DNA from: the human T2T-CHM13v2.0 reference genome, Homo sapiens
Assembly (NCBI RefSeq): GCF_009914755.1
Contig: NC_060945.1
Length of the DNA: 64,000 nt
Strand: one strand, 5' to 3'
Shown: piece by piece, positions 59,405-64,000 of the stretch
Position numbering within the stretch: the first letter of the stretch is position 1
Layout: every line of letters begins with the position of its first letter
Translations under genes and position numbers: made by a program
The notes under the pieces: generated by a model
Database searches by the model: none
What the model saw: only the letters and a program-made list of their open reading frames with translations
What the model was told of the DNA's origin: nothing

Positions 59405-59595
59405 GGTGGGGAACGTCACACACCAGGGCCTCTCAGGGAGTGAGGGGCTGGGGGAGGGATAGCATTAGGAGAAATACCTAATGTAAATGACGAGTTGATA
59501 GGTGCAGCAAACCAACATGGCACATGTATACCTATGTATCAAACCTGCACATTGTGCACATGTACCCTAGAACTTAAAAGTATAATAAAAAAAGA
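59405..59595 (+). mobile_element. Short L1PA5-7-like 3' end
   Basis: GGGATAGCATTAGGAGAAATACCTAATGTAAATGACGAGTTG...TACCCTAGAACTTAAAAGTATAATAAAA; diverged TSD beginning AAAAGAGG. Confidence 0.88.
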
Positions 59596-61044
59596 AAAGA
59601 GGACCCTTCAAATTTCTGCCTGTCACAGGAGTAGTTTGTACCATTCCCTATATGAGAAAGACAGATGGGAACTTTCCAGGTGAGTAACAAGTTTGATTTT
59701 TCATTCAGCAAATGTCTAGAGTGGGTGAAGATAGAAATGTCTATTTTATTCCACATTGACCAGTAAATGACCTGCTGTACAAACTGCTCAGCAATTCTCC
59801 TCATTTTGCAGATGAGAAAATAGAAGTTCTATAAGTTGTAATGACTTAACCTGAGACCATATGATAAAGAATATTTTCAGGGTGCAAACCCCAGTGTCTC
59901 TATTGTCAAAGCTTGCACTCCACATACCACTCTTGCCTCTCCAAAGCCTCCCACCATTTGCTTTTTAGCTTGGCACAGATCTTACTAAAATGTCTTTGCC
60001 CACTTTCCTGCTTTGGTAATACAGTGGAGTGGTCAGAGTTGAAGTCTTCTTTGATGCATTGGGACCATGTTGTGCCACAGACAATTGTTCTTGGGCATGA
60101 ATTTTTCTTGTACAGGTCCGTGCATGTAACTACCTTAAGGAGACAGGATTGTCCTAAATCTGCACTGACCACGTCCTTGAATATTGTTTTCCTCCTGATT
60201 TTAGGCATGTATCATGTAGGATTGATCCACATGTGGATGCACTTATGTCAACAAAAAGCATGCATAATTTCAAACATTCAGGCCTTGGTCTGCTCTTGCT
60301 CATAGCACCTCCACACAGCCAAGGCAGAATTCCCATTTGGGAACCAGAAGCTTTGCAAAGGAACTCCATTGGCATGTATTAGAATGCTGGTTGTTTTGAC
60401 AGACCCAAGACTTCACTGAGCTCAACTGCACACAGATATTAATGCTGAGTCTCAAATATATTGAAAGCGGAAGAAGAACAGATTGTTCCTCTGTGTAGTG
60501 GTTTCGTTCTGAAGAACTCTCTTTGAAGTCAAGGAAATGGATGCCTGCAACAGATAGAGAGTGCAGTGGAGAATGGCACTCATGTGTCACTCTTAAATAC
60601 TTTCAACTTGGCTATTTTTAAGTCAAATGTCTTCAAATATGTCAAAAGCACTTGTTCTAAATTAAGAATAAAGGCCATGGCAAGTTGTGACTTTTTTTTT
60701 AACTAAGTCAGTTTTTCAGCTCTTTAAACATGACTGAATCCATATGGAAACTTTTGTTCAATATGAAAACCATATTTTTCCATATTCCTGAATGGCCAGT
60801 CCAAATTTCCTCATGCTTAAATATTTTAACATATATACAGATACGTAAACACATTGAATGTAAATATGTATATGTGTATCTGTGTGAGTTAATCCATGTA
60901 TCGTGTGTTTATGTGTGTATATGTGTATATCAAGTATAGAAAGTGTTCATTTTAAGGCCAGTTTTGATTGAAAAATTTAATATACTTTATTAGTAAGTGC
61001 CATAACTAGGATGTTTCTATTTCAATGTCAAAATACAGCAACAA

Positions 61045-62111
61045 TAAAATTATAACAATTATGTTCCATTGAAGGTATCCATGATATTTGGACAAAAAAA
61101 TTGCTTGCTTGACCTGTTAGTGACTTTCTCAGTACAGTAAATTATTTTTGGCCAATATGTTAAAGTAAAATTTTCATAACAACACACACACACACATACA
61201 CTCACACAACCTGTTGCAGGATAATAAAAAGAGAAACTGCAGACCTGAGAAAGTAGTGTTGGCAGTACCAGTTGGAATATCCAAAAATTCACAAATCAAA
61301 GACAAATTTTGAGTTGTAACAGTATAGAGAGATAGTACTGTAACATGGCGGGCAATCCAAGCCCCAAGCATTCAAAATTCATTTTGGGCAGGATTTCTAA
61401 AAATGGGAAACAAAACAAAACAAAACAAAAACGCCAGGGAGCCTTAAAAGGTAGTTCTCTAAGTTACCAAAATCGTATTGTTCTCCAGAATATATCATTA
61501 CAACTAAAACAGTGTTGTACATGCAGACCCATCCAAATTATGTTTGCCCATGAGCTCCATAAAGAAGCCAAATATGTGTGACTCTGTTGCCCTGCAACAG
61601 GCATCTCCTGACTCCTCTGGCTGGTCATCTCACTCCCATTATTACTCTTCAGTAGAAAATAACTTTGGGGTAACAAGGAAGGCAGGATAAAATACACAAA
61701 TAAACTTGGTAGAAGCATTAAAAAAAATGGGAAAAAACTGTGTTGAGGTAAAAGACAAAGCTGATGATGTCCTAAATGGAGGCATTTTTATTAACTCATG
61801 GTCTGTATTCAGTAACAGTTTCATTTATTTATTCATTCATTTATTTCAAGCTATGCATTGAGCAACGTCTCAATGTGCCAAGCAATATGCACAGTGGTTA
61901 CAGTGATAAATAAGACAGAAAAGGCTTCTGCCTCAATAAAGTTTACAGTTTAATGGCAAAGGCAGGCAAAGATGAAAGAAGTAAAATTGTTATAATTATG
62001 TTCCATTAAAAGTATCTATGATATTTGGACAAAGAAATTGCTATCTTAACCTATTAGTGATTTTCTCAGTGAAATAAATTATTTTTGGCCAACTTGCTAA
62101 AGTGAAATTTT
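61045..62111 (+). repeat. Dispersed 130-bp direct repeat pair (61045-61174 and 61982-62111)
   Basis: Ungapped manual alignment gives 19 mismatches in 130 nt (~85%). Confidence 0.9.
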
Positions 62112-62302
62112 TACTGGGGAAAGTATGACATATTTATTGAACAGCAAGAAATTCTGACCAGAATTCAGTGACCAAAGAAACACATATCAATGAGTAGGAT
62201 AAGGAGAGATTATGGAGGCTTGCAAGAGGTATTCAAATTGGATTACGGGTGGAGGCTTAGTCAATTTTTAATATGAATGATATGGTAAAAACATTGTTTG
62301 AG

Positions 62303-62683
<381 letters not shown>

Positions 62684-63591
62684 CTAGGTTTCTGACATCC
62701 AAGATTAGGTTATGTTCACCCAATCCATGCAAATATATGACTCTACTCCTTCACTCTAGCCAACAGGTTTAATCTTACTTTTTTCTTCTTTGTCTGCCTT
62801 TGCGATTAAACTGTAAACTTCACGGAGGCAGAAGCTCATTCTGTCTTATTTATTACCATAACCACTATGCATATTACCTGGCACATTGAGAAGTTGCTCA
62901 ATACATAGCTTGAAATAAATGAACGAATAAGTGAATGAAGCTATTACACAATATAGACGATGAGATAATAAAGGTTTAAATTAAGATTATGGATACGAAA
63001 AGAGAGGAAGAAATATTGCAAACATTGAAAATTAGATTAGCATGATTTTATATAGAAGATGCAAGAGGGGCTGATACAAAGATATTAACAGTTTGCATCT
63101 GTACAGACCTTGATAATTTACATAGTATTTTCACAAATGACTTAACAATTTTGAACAACTTTGCCCCATGTTTTCCATCCGAAACAAACAAAATTATGTT
63201 GACGATATTGAGGAAATCCAAGACTTGAGCTGCAGGACCATTTGGAGGGATATGTTAAGTTCAGTTGTAGTCACACTGAATTTGAAAATAAGGCAGAATG
63301 TTGAAATGAAAATATCTAGTATTAAATTGAAAATATGGAACACTGACATGAAAGAACAGTTCTGGAGATACAAACTGATTGTCTTTCAGGGCTGAAAAAG
63401 CAAGGAGACACTTTCAACCAAAACCCAAGTCAGTTTAATAATATGTTTTCATTCTCCAATTTTAAAATTTTCACTTTAGGGTATCAATTGCATTTTTTAA
63501 TTTGTATATTCAAGTAAACTAAAAACTCCTATTAGCTTCAAGGCTAATACGTTTTCAACTTCAAAAAAAAAAAAAAAAGAAATGCGATACC

Positions 63592-64000
63592 AGAAAAAAT
63601 GGCTGATAGGAGGTAGGACTAAATTGCAGCTCCCACTCAGATGGACAGAGCAGCATATGGAGACCCACTTCATGAACTTTTGCTCCAAGAACTACTGAGG
63701 AACATAACAGGAAACCCAAGAGAATCCATAGACCCTTTGAAGGAGGTGGATGGCTATTGCAGGCTCTGTGAGACAGCTGAGGAACTGTGAGTTGGCTTGC
63801 TTTCTCAGCTGGGAGGCTTGTAGCCTTGAGTAAGTTCTCAGCCATGCTCGCCGGCTGCCTGGAAATAAATTCAATGCTATTGGCAGGGCACAGTGGGAGT
63901 GACACTGGCCTTTTGGGCTGTGGACTGCATGGGAGCTGGGTGAGGCCTGTGGCTGCCAGCTTTCCCCCACTTTAATGATGACCTGGGTGACTCAACAGGG
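63592..64000 (+). mobile_element. L1PB/L1PBa-like 5'UTR (runs off the window)
   Basis: ATGGCTGATAGGAGGTAGGACTAAATTGCAGCTCCCACTCAGATGGACAGAGCAGC...GAACTTTTGCTCCAAGAACTACTG. Confidence 0.75.

Noticed and set aside
59906-60590. 100-130-aa ORFs in apparently unique sequence
   Set aside because: No recognisable homology, overlapping on both strands, no supporting splice or promoter structure

Overview
Hominoid (human or great-ape) non-coding DNA: a full-length SVA and an AluYe5-type element restrict it to apes. I see no protein-coding gene, RNA gene or CRISPR array. The longer ORFs in the track come from L1, Alu, SVA, Tigger4, THE1-int or tandem repeats. More than half of the window is recognisable transposable element, often nested. 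The main blocks are: (1) a ~15.5-kb stack at 9.6-25.2 kb (MER65-like provirus remnant, L1PA16-like and L1PA8A-like LINEs, AluY, AluYe5 and an SVA); (2) an L1MC3-like 3' region interrupted by a full-length Tigger4/Zombi DNA transposon; (3) many MaLR/ERVL/ERV1 LTRs, L2 and MIR fragments. The most interesting signals are: six identical 56-bp repeats amplifying the R-region hairpin of a MER70-like LTR (36314-36649); a two-tier 3' transduction inside the SVA's 15-bp TSD; a ~130-bp quasi-palindrome with a triplicated 24-mer core (27136-27267); and a 130-bp ungapped local duplication (61045/61982). Repeat subfamily names come from recalled consensus features, not from a run search. I could not place the locus on a chromosome.
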